Shown here piece after piece: positions 56,204 through 64,000 of a stretch of DNA of 64,000 nt. Every line of letters begins with the position of its first letter. Within the stretch, counting starts at the first letter, position 1. The DNA comes from a virus. Taxonomy: Duplodnaviria > Heunggongvirae > Uroviricota > Caudoviricetes. Made by a program: the position numbers and the translations under genes. The DNA is taken from IMG/VR virus record IMGVR_UViG_3300010882_000009. One strand, 5' to 3'. Under the pieces are notes generated by a model, which worked only from the letters and a program-made list of their open reading frames with translations, did no database searches and was not told the origin of the DNA.

Positions 56204-56256
56204 AATATGCTAACTTTATCAGGTGATTCAGAAATCAAAAGAGAGGGTTGATTAAT

Positions 56257-56508
56257 ATGTTTGCTCAAATTTGTAAATTAAACGAAAAATATCCTATATA
56301 TAATAATGAAGATGAAATAATTGGCTATACTGATGAAAATGATACGATAATAATTACTGATGTAAAATCTGAATGGATATATGATATTTGCAAAGCAAAA
56401 TATGAATATTATACAATTATTATAAGTGGAGAGTATATAGGATATAATTCTTTAGTTCTTGATGAGTCTGATGTTGACAAATTAATAGATGTAGAAAGCA
56501 AGTTTTAA
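56257..56508 (+). CDS. hypothetical protein
   Basis: RBS agagggttg. Confidence 0.5.
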   Translation: MFAQICKLNEKYPIYNNEDEIIGYTDENDTIIITDVKSEWIYDICKAKYEYYTIIISGEYIGYNSLVLDESDVDKLIDVESKF

Positions 56509-56531
56509 TAGAAGAACTCTTCTATTAAAAT
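56507..56531 (+). promoter_or_regulatory. motif copy
   Basis: AATAGAA-gaactc-TTCTATT-AAAAT. Confidence 0.65.
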
Positions 56532-56555
56532 TTAGTGAAGGGAGTGGTATAATTT

Positions 56556-56768
56556 ATGGATAAAGATTATATGTTTTTAGGACATAGCCCAAACGGTTTA
56601 GAAATGTTTGGGAGGTTGATTGACAACAAAAAAAAATTAGACATAACAATATTTGTAGACGGTAGGCATATGCATTATGCAGAATATTCAAAAAACGATT
56701 TGGTTATTGCGACTAATGCATATGAAAAGTTTTGCAATTCACTTAATGGAGATAGCGAGATGATATAA
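56556..56768 (+). CDS. hypothetical protein
   Basis: RBS gaagggagtgg. Confidence 0.5.
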   Translation: MDKDYMFLGHSPNGLEMFGRLIDNKKKLDITIFVDGRHMHYAEYSKNDLVIATNAYEKFCNSLNGDSEMI

Positions 56769-57316
56769 TGGGTTATTTTACTATGTTTATTCTTTTGATT
56801 GTATTTTTTATTGTAGTTTCAAAATTGTATCGTGACGATTTTGAAAGAAAAATGAAAGCATCTGGCGAAATGCGTATAAAAAAAGATATTGAAACTGCTG
56901 TAAATATAGTAAGGAACACTAGAAATAAATCACATAGAAAGTTAAACATTGAAGATTTTTATAATGTAGCAAATAATTTTATATTATATGTAGATAGCGT
57001 GCCAACAAAATCCCTTATAAATTTTGCAAAGTCAGGACAATTACCAAATGATATGGAACAAAAGTTATTATTTTTATTAGAAGATGAACTTGTTGCATAT
57101 GCGATAAAAACATGTTATGTGCTTGGCGTTAATAGAAAAGAAGCATGTAATAATTATAAATTAGCAAGAAGCGAACTTAATATATTTTTAATCGAATGTC
57201 TTAACTATATTGAAACACAAATGGCTATAGATACTTATGACGATTTGTATACTATAGAATCTGATAATACACGACAATGTTTTGACGGCAAAGAAATTGA
57301 ATCTATTTTTGACTAA
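56768..57316 (+). CDS. N-terminally membrane-anchored protein upstream of FtsK-like ATPase
   Basis: TM helix FTMFILLIVFFIVVS; start overlaps upstream stop (taATG). Confidence 0.55.
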   Translation: MGYFTMFILLIVFFIVVSKLYRDDFERKMKASGEMRIKKDIETAVNIVRNTRNKSHRKLNIEDFYNVANNFILYVDSVPTKSLINFAKSGQLPNDMEQKLLFLLEDELVAYAIKTCYVLGVNRKEACNNYKLARSELNIFLIECLNYIETQMAIDTYDDLYTIESDNTRQCFDGKEIESIFD

Positions 57317-57336
57317 AGCTAAAGGCGGGAATTTTC

Positions 57337-58533
57337 ATGATTGATAAATATGCACAAGTACAAAATATATTAAAAGTGCTTGGTATAAATGCAATTGTAA
57401 TTGGAGATATACAAGGTCGTGTAACAACAACATACGAACTTCATATGGTAGACGGCGAAAAATCGGCAAAACTAAAAAGAGCTAAAGAAGATATACGTAT
57501 AAGGTTGAAAGCGGAAACTGTACAAATTGTGCAGATGGCTAATAATTCAATTGGAATAGAAGTTTCTAATAAATCTAATGAGATATTGAGAATTGGAGAT
57601 ATTATAAGATCTTCAGAATACAAAAGCTCAACAGCTCCGCTAAAGTTTGCAATTGGAGAAAGTCAATGCGGGGAAAAAATATATGGAAGCCTACCGGAGT
57701 TAAGAAACATATTAATCGCTGGGGCATCAGGTTCTGGCAAGTCTGTATTTATAAATGTATTAATATCAAGTTTAATAATGGAACCAGTAAAAGAATTACG
57801 GCTTGTATTATTAGACCCAAAGAAAGTGGAATTAACACCTTATGAAAATATTCCACATCTATTGGCCCCAGTTATAACAGATGAAAAAAAAGCAGAAATA
57901 ATGCTAGAATGGCTTTGCGAAGAAACAAATAGAAGATATGAATTATTAAATCAGATAGCAAAGCTAAATAATATTCCTATAAGAAATATAGATAGATACA
58001 ATGAGATATTAGAAAAGAATAATATGAATGACAAAAAGTTATATAGGATAGTAGTTATAATTGATGAATTATCTCAGCTTATAATGTCATCATCAAAAAA
58101 AGTAGAAGATGCAATAATTAAAATATCTCAGCTAAGTAGAGCTGCTGGGATTCATTTAATAGTAGCAACACAAAGACCATCTGCTGATATTATAACTTCC
58201 CGCATAAAAGATAACTTGCAGACTAAAATAGTATTTGCAGTAGATAAACCACAAAGTTCTATGGTTGCACTAGGTAGGACAGGTGCTGAATCATTACTTG
58301 GAAAGGGTGATATGCTATTTAAAAGAGAAAATGATATGAATCCTATGAGGATACAAGGGGCATATATCAGCGATGATGAAGTAGAAAGAGTAATTAATTA
58401 TTTCAGAAGTAAAAATATTTATCCTGTATTTGATAAAAGTATTATTGATGCACTGGAAGGAAAGCATGGGAATAATAGTAATGAGTTTCTAAGTAATATT
58501 TTTAGTGGATTAAGTAATAATGGTATATATTAG
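57337..58533 (+). CDS. FtsK/SpoIIIE-family DNA translocase ATPase (motor domain)
   Basis: Walker A GASGSGKS, Walker B VVIIDELSQL, ATQRPS, FtsK-like N-terminal beta-region; RBS aaaggcggg. Confidence 0.8.
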   Translation: MIDKYAQVQNILKVLGINAIVIGDIQGRVTTTYELHMVDGEKSAKLKRAKEDIRIRLKAETVQIVQMANNSIGIEVSNKSNEILRIGDIIRSSEYKSSTAPLKFAIGESQCGEKIYGSLPELRNILIAGASGSGKSVFINVLISSLIMEPVKELRLVLLDPKKVELTPYENIPHLLAPVITDEKKAEIMLEWLCEETNRRYELLNQIAKLNNIPIRNIDRYNEILEKNNMNDKKLYRIVVIIDELSQLIMSSSKKVEDAIIKISQLSRAAGIHLIVATQRPSADIITSRIKDNLQTKIVFAVDKPQSSMVALGRTGAESLLGKGDMLFKRENDMNPMRIQGAYISDDEVERVINYFRSKNIYPVFDKSIIDALEGKHGNNSNEFLSNIFSGLSNNGIY

Positions 58534-58554
58534 ACTAAAGGGGGCAATTATATT

Positions 58555-58962
58555 ATGTATACATCACAGCCTAATAACACATGGGTGGAACCTAAATCAA
58601 CAAGACAGTTTGCAGAATATGTTTTGGCATGTCCTAATACAATACATACATTTGCGACAAATGAGGCATATGTTAATAATGCCGATACTACAGAAACATA
58701 TGAAATTGTATGTGCAGATGTATATAACAATGGAGAGTATTATGCAGCAATAGGATTTGATTTGCCACCAACTACAATATTAGAAGATGCAGTATGGGTT
58801 GGCAAGTTAGAACATTACAATAGTGAACTAGAAGAAGAATTAGAGCCACAGTCAATGAAGTGCGTAAATGAATTAATAGATCTAATTATAAAGTTTAAAA
58901 AAGCCGTTGGTGCAAATAACAACAGAATATATGTAGATACTGAATATGTTGTTTATTTGTAA
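58555..58962 (+). CDS. hypothetical protein
   Basis: RBS taaagggggc. Confidence 0.55.
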   Translation: MYTSQPNNTWVEPKSTRQFAEYVLACPNTIHTFATNEAYVNNADTTETYEIVCADVYNNGEYYAAIGFDLPPTTILEDAVWVGKLEHYNSELEEELEPQSMKCVNELIDLIIKFKKAVGANNNRIYVDTEYVVYL

Positions 58963-58968
58963 TTAATC

Positions 58969-58997
58969 TTGACAATTACCCACGGCTAATATATATT
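58969..58997 (+). promoter_or_regulatory. sigma70-like promoter TTGACA-17-TATATT
   Basis: upstream of recombinase-like ORF; about 50-nt leader. Confidence 0.35.
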
Positions 58998-59053
58998 ATA
59001 TGAAACATGATATATAAACTATGTATAAATTAAATAAAGGATGGTGATTAGTC

Positions 59054-60109
59054 GTGGGTAAACAAGTTAGGACATTAATGTTTAACAGGAATTTGAAAGA
59101 AGAGTACATTGATTTTGAAAAAAAGGAAAGCAATAAAATTGCATTGGAAAACTATTTTAAACGACTATACGATGCAGAGGTTTCAACTGGCGATAATGGT
59201 ACAGATATAATATTTATGACTTACGATGAATTAAAAATAGCATTTTTATCACTAGGGATAAGACGAGATTTATCAATATCTCATTTTTTAGCATCAATGA
59301 GAGGATATGCATCGTGGGCTTTGTTAGTAAAGGGGATTACAAAAGACAAAAAGGCTTTTGACATAATGACTGTAGATGCATTAAAAGAAAAAAGCACAAT
59401 CACTAGTAAGATGCTAGGGGATTATGAACAGCTTAAAACTATTATTTTTAATGGACTTGATACAGTTAATTATCCTAATGCATCTATGCGAAATAGTTTA
59501 GTATTACATTTGGTTTTTGACGGGTTAACATTCAATGATATTGTAGATTTAAAAAAATCCGATCTTGATTTAAATACAAATTCAATAACGCTGGGGGGTG
59601 GATATATTGTAAAGTTATCTGACGAGACAGTTGATTTGTGGCTTAGATTTCAAGATGTTGATGGAATAGAAAAGAAAAATGCACAGGCGGAAAGATCAAC
59701 AAAATCAACAACAGAAGAATATATAATGATTCCTCTAATAGATAACGACTACTTAATACGACCACAATTAAGGCAAAATGCAAGAACACAGCAAACACAG
59801 ATTCCGTTATCTTCATTAAATCGTATTATACGTGTTATATATAAGACTTCAAAATCAAGCGAACAGCTATCTCCTTCTACTGTTCGCATATCAGGTGTAT
59901 TTCATAGATTATATCAGTGTGAGCTAAAAGGAGAAATAAATGGTGTAAAAATTACATCTGATATTGATAATTATGAATATGAAATTGCAAAATATCTTGC
60001 ATATCATCTTCGTGTTGAGTATAATGACAAAGGAGAGTTGATGTTAAAATTATTGAGATGGAGGAAAGATTATAGCGATTGGAAGTATGCATTTGGTTAC
60101 ACATCTTAA
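59054..60109 (+). CDS. divergent tyrosine-recombinase-like protein (GTG start), call tentative
   Basis: candidate box I R in SMRNSLVLHLVFDGLTFNDIVDLKKSDLDL, K in GYIVKLSDE, box II-like STVRISGVFHRLY, C-terminal Tyr candidates; RBS aaaggatggtg. Confidence 0.4.
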   Translation: MGKQVRTLMFNRNLKEEYIDFEKKESNKIALENYFKRLYDAEVSTGDNGTDIIFMTYDELKIAFLSLGIRRDLSISHFLASMRGYASWALLVKGITKDKKAFDIMTVDALKEKSTITSKMLGDYEQLKTIIFNGLDTVNYPNASMRNSLVLHLVFDGLTFNDIVDLKKSDLDLNTNSITLGGGYIVKLSDETVDLWLRFQDVDGIEKKNAQAERSTKSTTEEYIMIPLIDNDYLIRPQLRQNARTQQTQIPLSSLNRIIRVIYKTSKSSEQLSPSTVRISGVFHRLYQCELKGEINGVKITSDIDNYEYEIAKYLAYHLRVEYNDKGELMLKLLRWRKDYSDWKYAFGYTS

Positions 60110-60143
60110 ATAATAGTAGTCAAATTAGAAGGGAGATGCTTTT

Positions 60144-61244
60144 ATGCCAGCAGCAAGAACAAAAGCAAAAGCAAAAGAAAAATCAAATATGATAGTGCCC
60201 GAGCATGTTGTAAAGCCAGTATATGTAGTAATAGAACCTGAGTCAAGCAAGGTTGATATGAGTGTATCAAGTGTTGCAAACAAATTTAAAAACAGAACTA
60301 TTATTACAGATATTTTAGAACAACGTGGTGATGTTTGGCATCCTATTGTTAAAGGAATGTTTATTCGCGCCTTAATAAGAGGTGTCCAAATACCACCATT
60401 GTACTTCAACAAAGCTGAAAAGACTAGCGAAGCGTTAGACGGACAGCAGAGGATTAGAACAATCTCAGGATTTATTCATGGAGAATTTTCTATCCATAAA
60501 GATGTTCCACCTATACGTGTAGAAAAAGATGGAGTTGCTGAAGATTTTGTAATAGCACGACTATATTTTAAAGACTTACCTACTGATATACAGGATAAGT
60601 TAAAATCAACTGTATTATTATCTTTTACATTTTTTAATATGACACATGAAGAGAAGGTTAATTTTTTCATTGAAATAAATAGCAACAAACCTATATCCCC
60701 TGCTGACTTTTCCCGTATAAGAATATGCAGTAGACATATATTCATTAAACTTGCAAAACTTCCGGGGATAGCCAGTGTATTAAAGGATAGTAAGAAAAAG
60801 AAGTTGGAAGACGAAGATATTCCGGCAGATGCAGCAATAATGGCATACGCTAGTAACCATTCATTGATGAACGATAAAAACGGAAGACATATTCTTTGGA
60901 CGCAAGAAATAACTCCTGAGCAGGAAGAAGAAATGACAAAAGCACTTGACTATATGAAGACATTCTTTGTTATTATGGCAGACATGAAAAAAATGTCTAA
61001 TAAAATAAAGAATAGAAAAACGCACATGGTTTCATTAATGTACATGGCTATAATTGCTATTCAGAGATGTATAAGCGCAGAAGACTTCGCAGAGAGGGTT
61101 AAAGGATTTTTTAATACAAATGATGACCGGGCAAGTCACGATGAAGGATACAACAATGCATGTTCAGCGGCAAGCGCAAAATTATTAAGCGTATCTATAC
61201 GCAGAGATATATTGCGAAATGTAATTTATAGAGATATTGGATAA
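60144..61244 (+). CDS. DUF262 (ParB/Srx-fold) protein with DGQQR motif
   Basis: EQRGDVWHP...LDGQQRIRTISGF; RBS gaagggagatg. Confidence 0.6.
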   Translation: MPAARTKAKAKEKSNMIVPEHVVKPVYVVIEPESSKVDMSVSSVANKFKNRTIITDILEQRGDVWHPIVKGMFIRALIRGVQIPPLYFNKAEKTSEALDGQQRIRTISGFIHGEFSIHKDVPPIRVEKDGVAEDFVIARLYFKDLPTDIQDKLKSTVLLSFTFFNMTHEEKVNFFIEINSNKPISPADFSRIRICSRHIFIKLAKLPGIASVLKDSKKKKLEDEDIPADAAIMAYASNHSLMNDKNGRHILWTQEITPEQEEEMTKALDYMKTFFVIMADMKKMSNKIKNRKTHMVSLMYMAIIAIQRCISAEDFAERVKGFFNTNDDRASHDEGYNNACSAASAKLLSVSIRRDILRNVIYRDIG

Positions 61245-61265
61245 AAATAAGTAAATAACAGATTA

Positions 61266-61285
61266 GGCGAAAGCCTTTTCTGATA
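61266..61285 (+). terminator. weak terminator-like hairpin plus T-run
   Basis: AGGC-gaa-AGCC followed by ttttct. Confidence 0.25.
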
Positions 61286-61419
61286 TATCACATTACAATA
61301 TACAATAGATATTAGGGGGATAGAAATTTGCTATACATTTTATGGTATCTTGATAATGATATTAATATGTCATTATTAAGATGCTATAAAATAAAAATGG
61401 AGGTGTGGTGATAAATTGA

Positions 61420-61563
61420 ATGTTTAAATTTTTGATGTCTAAATATTCATTAAGTTGTTGGTTATGTAGAACAGAATGGACTTATTATAGTAAAAAAGAA
61501 GTAAAATCATTTTTAGATGGAAGCAAATATAAATGCCCGAATTGCAATGGAAATATTTCATAG
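61420..61563 (+). CDS. 47-aa zinc-ribbon protein
   Basis: CWLC..CPNC; RBS tggaggtgtgg (long spacing). Confidence 0.35.
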   Translation: MFKFLMSKYSLSCWLCRTEWTYYSKKEVKSFLDGSKYKCPNCNGNIS

Positions 61564-61710
61564 ATTCCACTTGGCCCAAATATTCCTATACCAAAAAAAC
61601 AAGAACAATAAGAAATTTCTGCGCCATTAGAAACTTGTATAGATGGCTATTCCATGTTACATTTATACAGCCGGGAAAAGATTTGTAGGAATATATCAAT
61701 TGATTGATAC

Positions 61711-61739
61711 TTGACAATATACAAACGTTATATTATAAT
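61711..61739 (+). promoter_or_regulatory. consensus sigma70-type promoter TTGACA-17-TATAAT
   Basis: perfect hexamers; 32 nt upstream of ATG 61772. Confidence 0.5.
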
Positions 61740-61771
61740 ATACAAATGATATATAGAAAGGATTATAATTA

Positions 61772-61987
61772 ATGCATCCATACCTAAAAGAACATGGATT
61801 TCCTCAGATTCCAAAAGGGGTTGTTATATGGGTAGGCTATTGGAAAGATGGAAAGATTACACATGTATGTATTGGGAAGCCAACAGAGCGTAATGTGTAT
61901 CATTTATGTGAGGTTGTAGACGGGAAGCTAGTTAAAATAACAAAAGATTCTGATTCTAGGAAGTTCGATGATATAGTGTTCTCTTAA
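61772..61987 (+). CDS. hypothetical protein
   Basis: RBS gaaaggatt. Confidence 0.55.
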   Translation: MHPYLKEHGFPQIPKGVVIWVGYWKDGKITHVCIGKPTERNVYHLCEVVDGKLVKITKDSDSRKFDDIVFS

Positions 61988-62019
61988 GAATAAAAAATAT
62001 ATTTAATAAAAAAATAGGT

Positions 62020-62268
62020 GGATTTTATAAGTTAGAAATTAATGCTAATAATTCAGAAATATATAATGCTAAGATATTAAATGTAATTTATAAGCTTAAA
62101 TCTTTTTCATTAAAGCAGTTGTATGACAATCTTGATAAAAGTATTCCAATAGAGATTATTAATTCTAAAGTTAAATCATGGCTAGACGATGGATATATAT
62201 ATGAATATCCAACTGGAATATATACATTATGTAATAACGATAAATATTTAGCAGAAATGTTGCATTGA
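62020..62268 (+). pseudogene. start-less gene fragment homologous to 52601-52771
   Basis: ..SFSLKQLYDNLDKSIPIEIINSKVKSWLDDGYIYEYPTGIYTL..*; open frame from 61972 with no ATG/GTG; core 62202-62218 identical to 52735-52751. Confidence 0.35.
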
Positions 62269-62364
62269 TATGGCGGCGAATAGATATACTATAATTATGC
62301 TTTATAGGCATAAATAATTCATATAGATAGTATGATATCATACCGCAAAGGCATAAAATATTTT

Positions 62365-62389
62365 AATAGAAGTGCAGTTCTATTAAAAT
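62365..62389 (+). promoter_or_regulatory. motif copy
   Basis: AATAGAA-gtgcag-TTCTATT-AAAAT. Confidence 0.65.
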
Positions 62390-62448
62390 ATATGTATACG
62401 GAAGATGAGAATGTTTGTATGTAAATAAATTCTAGGAGAGAACATATC

Positions 62449-62610
62449 ATGAAAAGGTTTTTTCAGACAATAGCAATCTTGCTAGTAATGCTACTGTTAA
62501 TTTTGGGATCTACATATCTTCTGAATATTTTTAATTTTGAAAGATCAATGGCATTACTTGCATTATTGCTATGTATTGTCGGTATTTCTATATATAAGAA
62601 TTTGCCTTAG
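62449..62610 (+). CDS. 53-aa two-TM membrane peptide
   Basis: RBS taggagaga. Confidence 0.4.
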   Translation: MKRFFQTIAILLVMLLLILGSTYLLNIFNFERSMALLALLLCIVGISIYKNLP

Positions 62611-62628
62611 TATGTTAATGAATATTTT

Positions 62629-62653
62629 AATAGAAGAATTATTTGATTAAAAT
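62629..62653 (+). promoter_or_regulatory. motif copy (variant right half)
   Basis: AATAGAA-gaatta-TTTGATT-AAAAT. Confidence 0.55.
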
Positions 62654-62668
62654 ACTAGGAGCAAACTA

Positions 62669-62956
62669 ATGGTAATTATTGATAAAATAGATTCATTTTT
62701 CAAAAAACCAAAGGAAATCACAGATAAATGTTGTGCATTCTGTAACAGTTCAAATGTCACTGTTACAAATAATATAGAGGAAGACAAACATATTTCAGAC
62801 TGTTTTAGAATTGTAAAGTATACTGCTGATTATGACTGCCAGAACTGTGGCTGCTCATGTAAAGCAGAGCAAGTATGGAATGCTTCAAAGTGTTGGAATA
62901 TTCATGAATGGGTTAGGCCGTTTAAATATAATAAATATAAATATAAATATAAGTAG
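62669..62956 (+). CDS. zinc-ribbon protein, paralogue of 12060-12317
   Basis: RBS taggagca. Confidence 0.55.
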   Translation: MVIIDKIDSFFKKPKEITDKCCAFCNSSNVTVTNNIEEDKHISDCFRIVKYTADYDCQNCGCSCKAEQVWNASKCWNIHEWVRPFKYNKYKYKYK

Positions 62957-62973
62957 TGAATTGAGGGGTATTA

Positions 62974-63192
62974 ATGAGAAAAAATGAAGAAGTTAAGTTG
63001 CCTAAAGAGTTAACTAGGATTCCTGAACCTATAACTGTAAAAGAGGATTTTGATTTAGGATTTCCAGGGCCACCTGATCCAGAGGTAGTCGAAGACAAAC
63101 GACATAAATTTGATTATGCTTGTTTGATTTTGATTTCAATATTTATAATTGCAATATTTTTCATAGGTATGATTTTGCCAATGTTTCAATAG
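62974..63192 (+). CDS. hypothetical protein with C-terminal TM helix
   Basis: RBS tgaggggta. Confidence 0.5.
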   Translation: MRKNEEVKLPKELTRIPEPITVKEDFDLGFPGPPDPEVVEDKRHKFDYACLILISIFIIAIFFIGMILPMFQ

Positions 63193-63212
63193 AAGGCTTA
63201 TTTTATTAAAAT
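63188..63212 (+). promoter_or_regulatory. motif copy
   Basis: AATAGAA-ggctta-TTTTATT-AAAAT. Confidence 0.6.
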
Positions 63213-63228
63213 AAAAAGGAGATTTTAT

Positions 63229-63858
63229 ATGAGTCATAGCAGTTTATATGTAATTGATAAAGAGTTTTATGGCAGTATAGAATTTGAGTATAGTAATTCA
63301 TGGTTATTTAGTCCAATAATTTGGGATGTATTGCTTGATAAATATATGAAAAAAGAAATACAAACAGAATTTGGATACAGGAAAAATATGATTAGAGATG
63401 GTAATGAACTTCATCCAAAATTAAATGATATAATAAATAATTGCAATAGTCTTTCAGATAGAATATGCTGGGAATTATCAAATCAACAGATATTTCATAC
63501 AAAAGACAAAGATATTATTATACAAGGAATAAAACATTTTTTATCTACTAATAATAAATATCATATCCAAAATGAAGAAAAAACTTCTTATTTAAATTTA
63601 GAACATATAATAAAAAGATTTACAGAGATTGCTGATGATATAAAATCATTAGATGAAAATGAAAGCCCTTACTTTATACTAAAGAATACATCATGTGATT
63701 CTAGTGTAGAATTTTTGTTTACAAGGTGCGATGAAGAAGAATATGTAGAACAATCATTGTCAGAGTTAAATGAGGCAGTAATTGAGTTTGTATCAATAGA
63801 AAATAATACTATTAACTTTATTGATAATTTAAGCTATTTTAATAAATTATATAATTAG
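63229..63858 (+). CDS. hypothetical protein
   Basis: RBS aaaggagat. Confidence 0.55.
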   Translation: MSHSSLYVIDKEFYGSIEFEYSNSWLFSPIIWDVLLDKYMKKEIQTEFGYRKNMIRDGNELHPKLNDIINNCNSLSDRICWELSNQQIFHTKDKDIIIQGIKHFLSTNNKYHIQNEEKTSYLNLEHIIKRFTEIADDIKSLDENESPYFILKNTSCDSSVEFLFTRCDEEEYVEQSLSELNEAVIEFVSIENNTINFIDNLSYFNKLYN

Positions 63859-63913
63859 AAGCTATTTATATATTCGCTCCAAATAAAGTAATGCTAGGAA
63901 TAGGAGAATGTTA

Positions 63914-64000
63914 ATGAGTCGTACTACATTTACAATTTATGCAATAATTATTTCTTTAATTTGTGTTTTATCTGGATTAAAAACTGGACTTACAATTGGA
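63914..64000 (+). CDS. membrane protein, 5' part (continues past window end)
   Basis: RBS ataggagaatg; hydrophobic N-terminus. Confidence 0.4.
   Translation, partial: MSRTTFTIYAIIISLICVLSGLKTGLTIG

Noticed and set aside
1-64000. Minus-strand ORFs of 60-120 aa in the supplied track (e.g. 12964-13308, 25221-25574, 35599-35958, 37565-37903, 43687-44031)
   Set aside because: All lie antisense inside better-supported + strand genes. They lack RBSs and are low-complexity Ile/Leu/Phe/Ser-rich, as expected for antisense of AT-rich coding DNA.
1-64000. Stop-codon reassignment (as in some large AT-rich phages)
   Set aside because: ORFs terminate cleanly at TAA, TAG and TGA, each followed by motif plus RBS of the next gene. 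No long frames read through a particular stop codon.

Overview
AT-rich window (roughly 28-30% GC by eye) with essentially all credible genes on the + strand: about 150 mostly small ORFs with Shine-Dalgarno-like RBSs, many overlapping stop/start or separated by under 60 bp. Overall it looks like a phage-like early/accessory region or a giant mobile element rather than core chromosome. No structural (capsid, terminase, portal, tail), DNA replication, rRNA, tRNA or CRISPR features were recognised by eye. Main recognisable features: (1) an IS607-family tnpA (MerR-HTH serine recombinase) plus tnpB (RuvC-fold, degenerate zinc finger) element at about 0.64-3.1 kb, with a GC-richer 3' flank that may hold an omega-RNA; (2) about 43 copies of a conserved intergenic palindrome TTTAAATAGAA-N6-TTCTATTAAAAT with constant 6-nt spacer immediately upstream of RBSs, a candidate phage-specific promoter/operator; (3) a different module at about 52.5-62.3 kb driven by near-consensus sigma70 promoters, flanked by two homologous start-less gene fragments sharing a 17-bp identical core, carrying an FtsK/SpoIIIE-like ATPase, a divergent tyrosine-recombinase-like ORF, two DUF262 (ParB/Srx-fold, DGQQR) proteins and a MazG-like gene; (4) three proteins built from near-identical DNA tandem repeats (18, 18 and 27 bp units); the longest is translationally coupled to a TARG1/DarG-like macro domain (ADP-ribose hydrolase) gene; (5) an HD-domain SpoT/Mesh1-like hydrolase fold, a GNAT, a CheY-like receiver fusion, an SPFH lipoprotein moron with terminator, several paralogue pairs, a 120-bp internal gene-fragment duplication, and a 4-copy GC-rich structured repeat in both orientations. 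Most ORFs have no recognisable function. Coordinates for ORFs come from the supplied track, with starts moved to RBS-supported in-frame ATG/GTG/TTG where noted.
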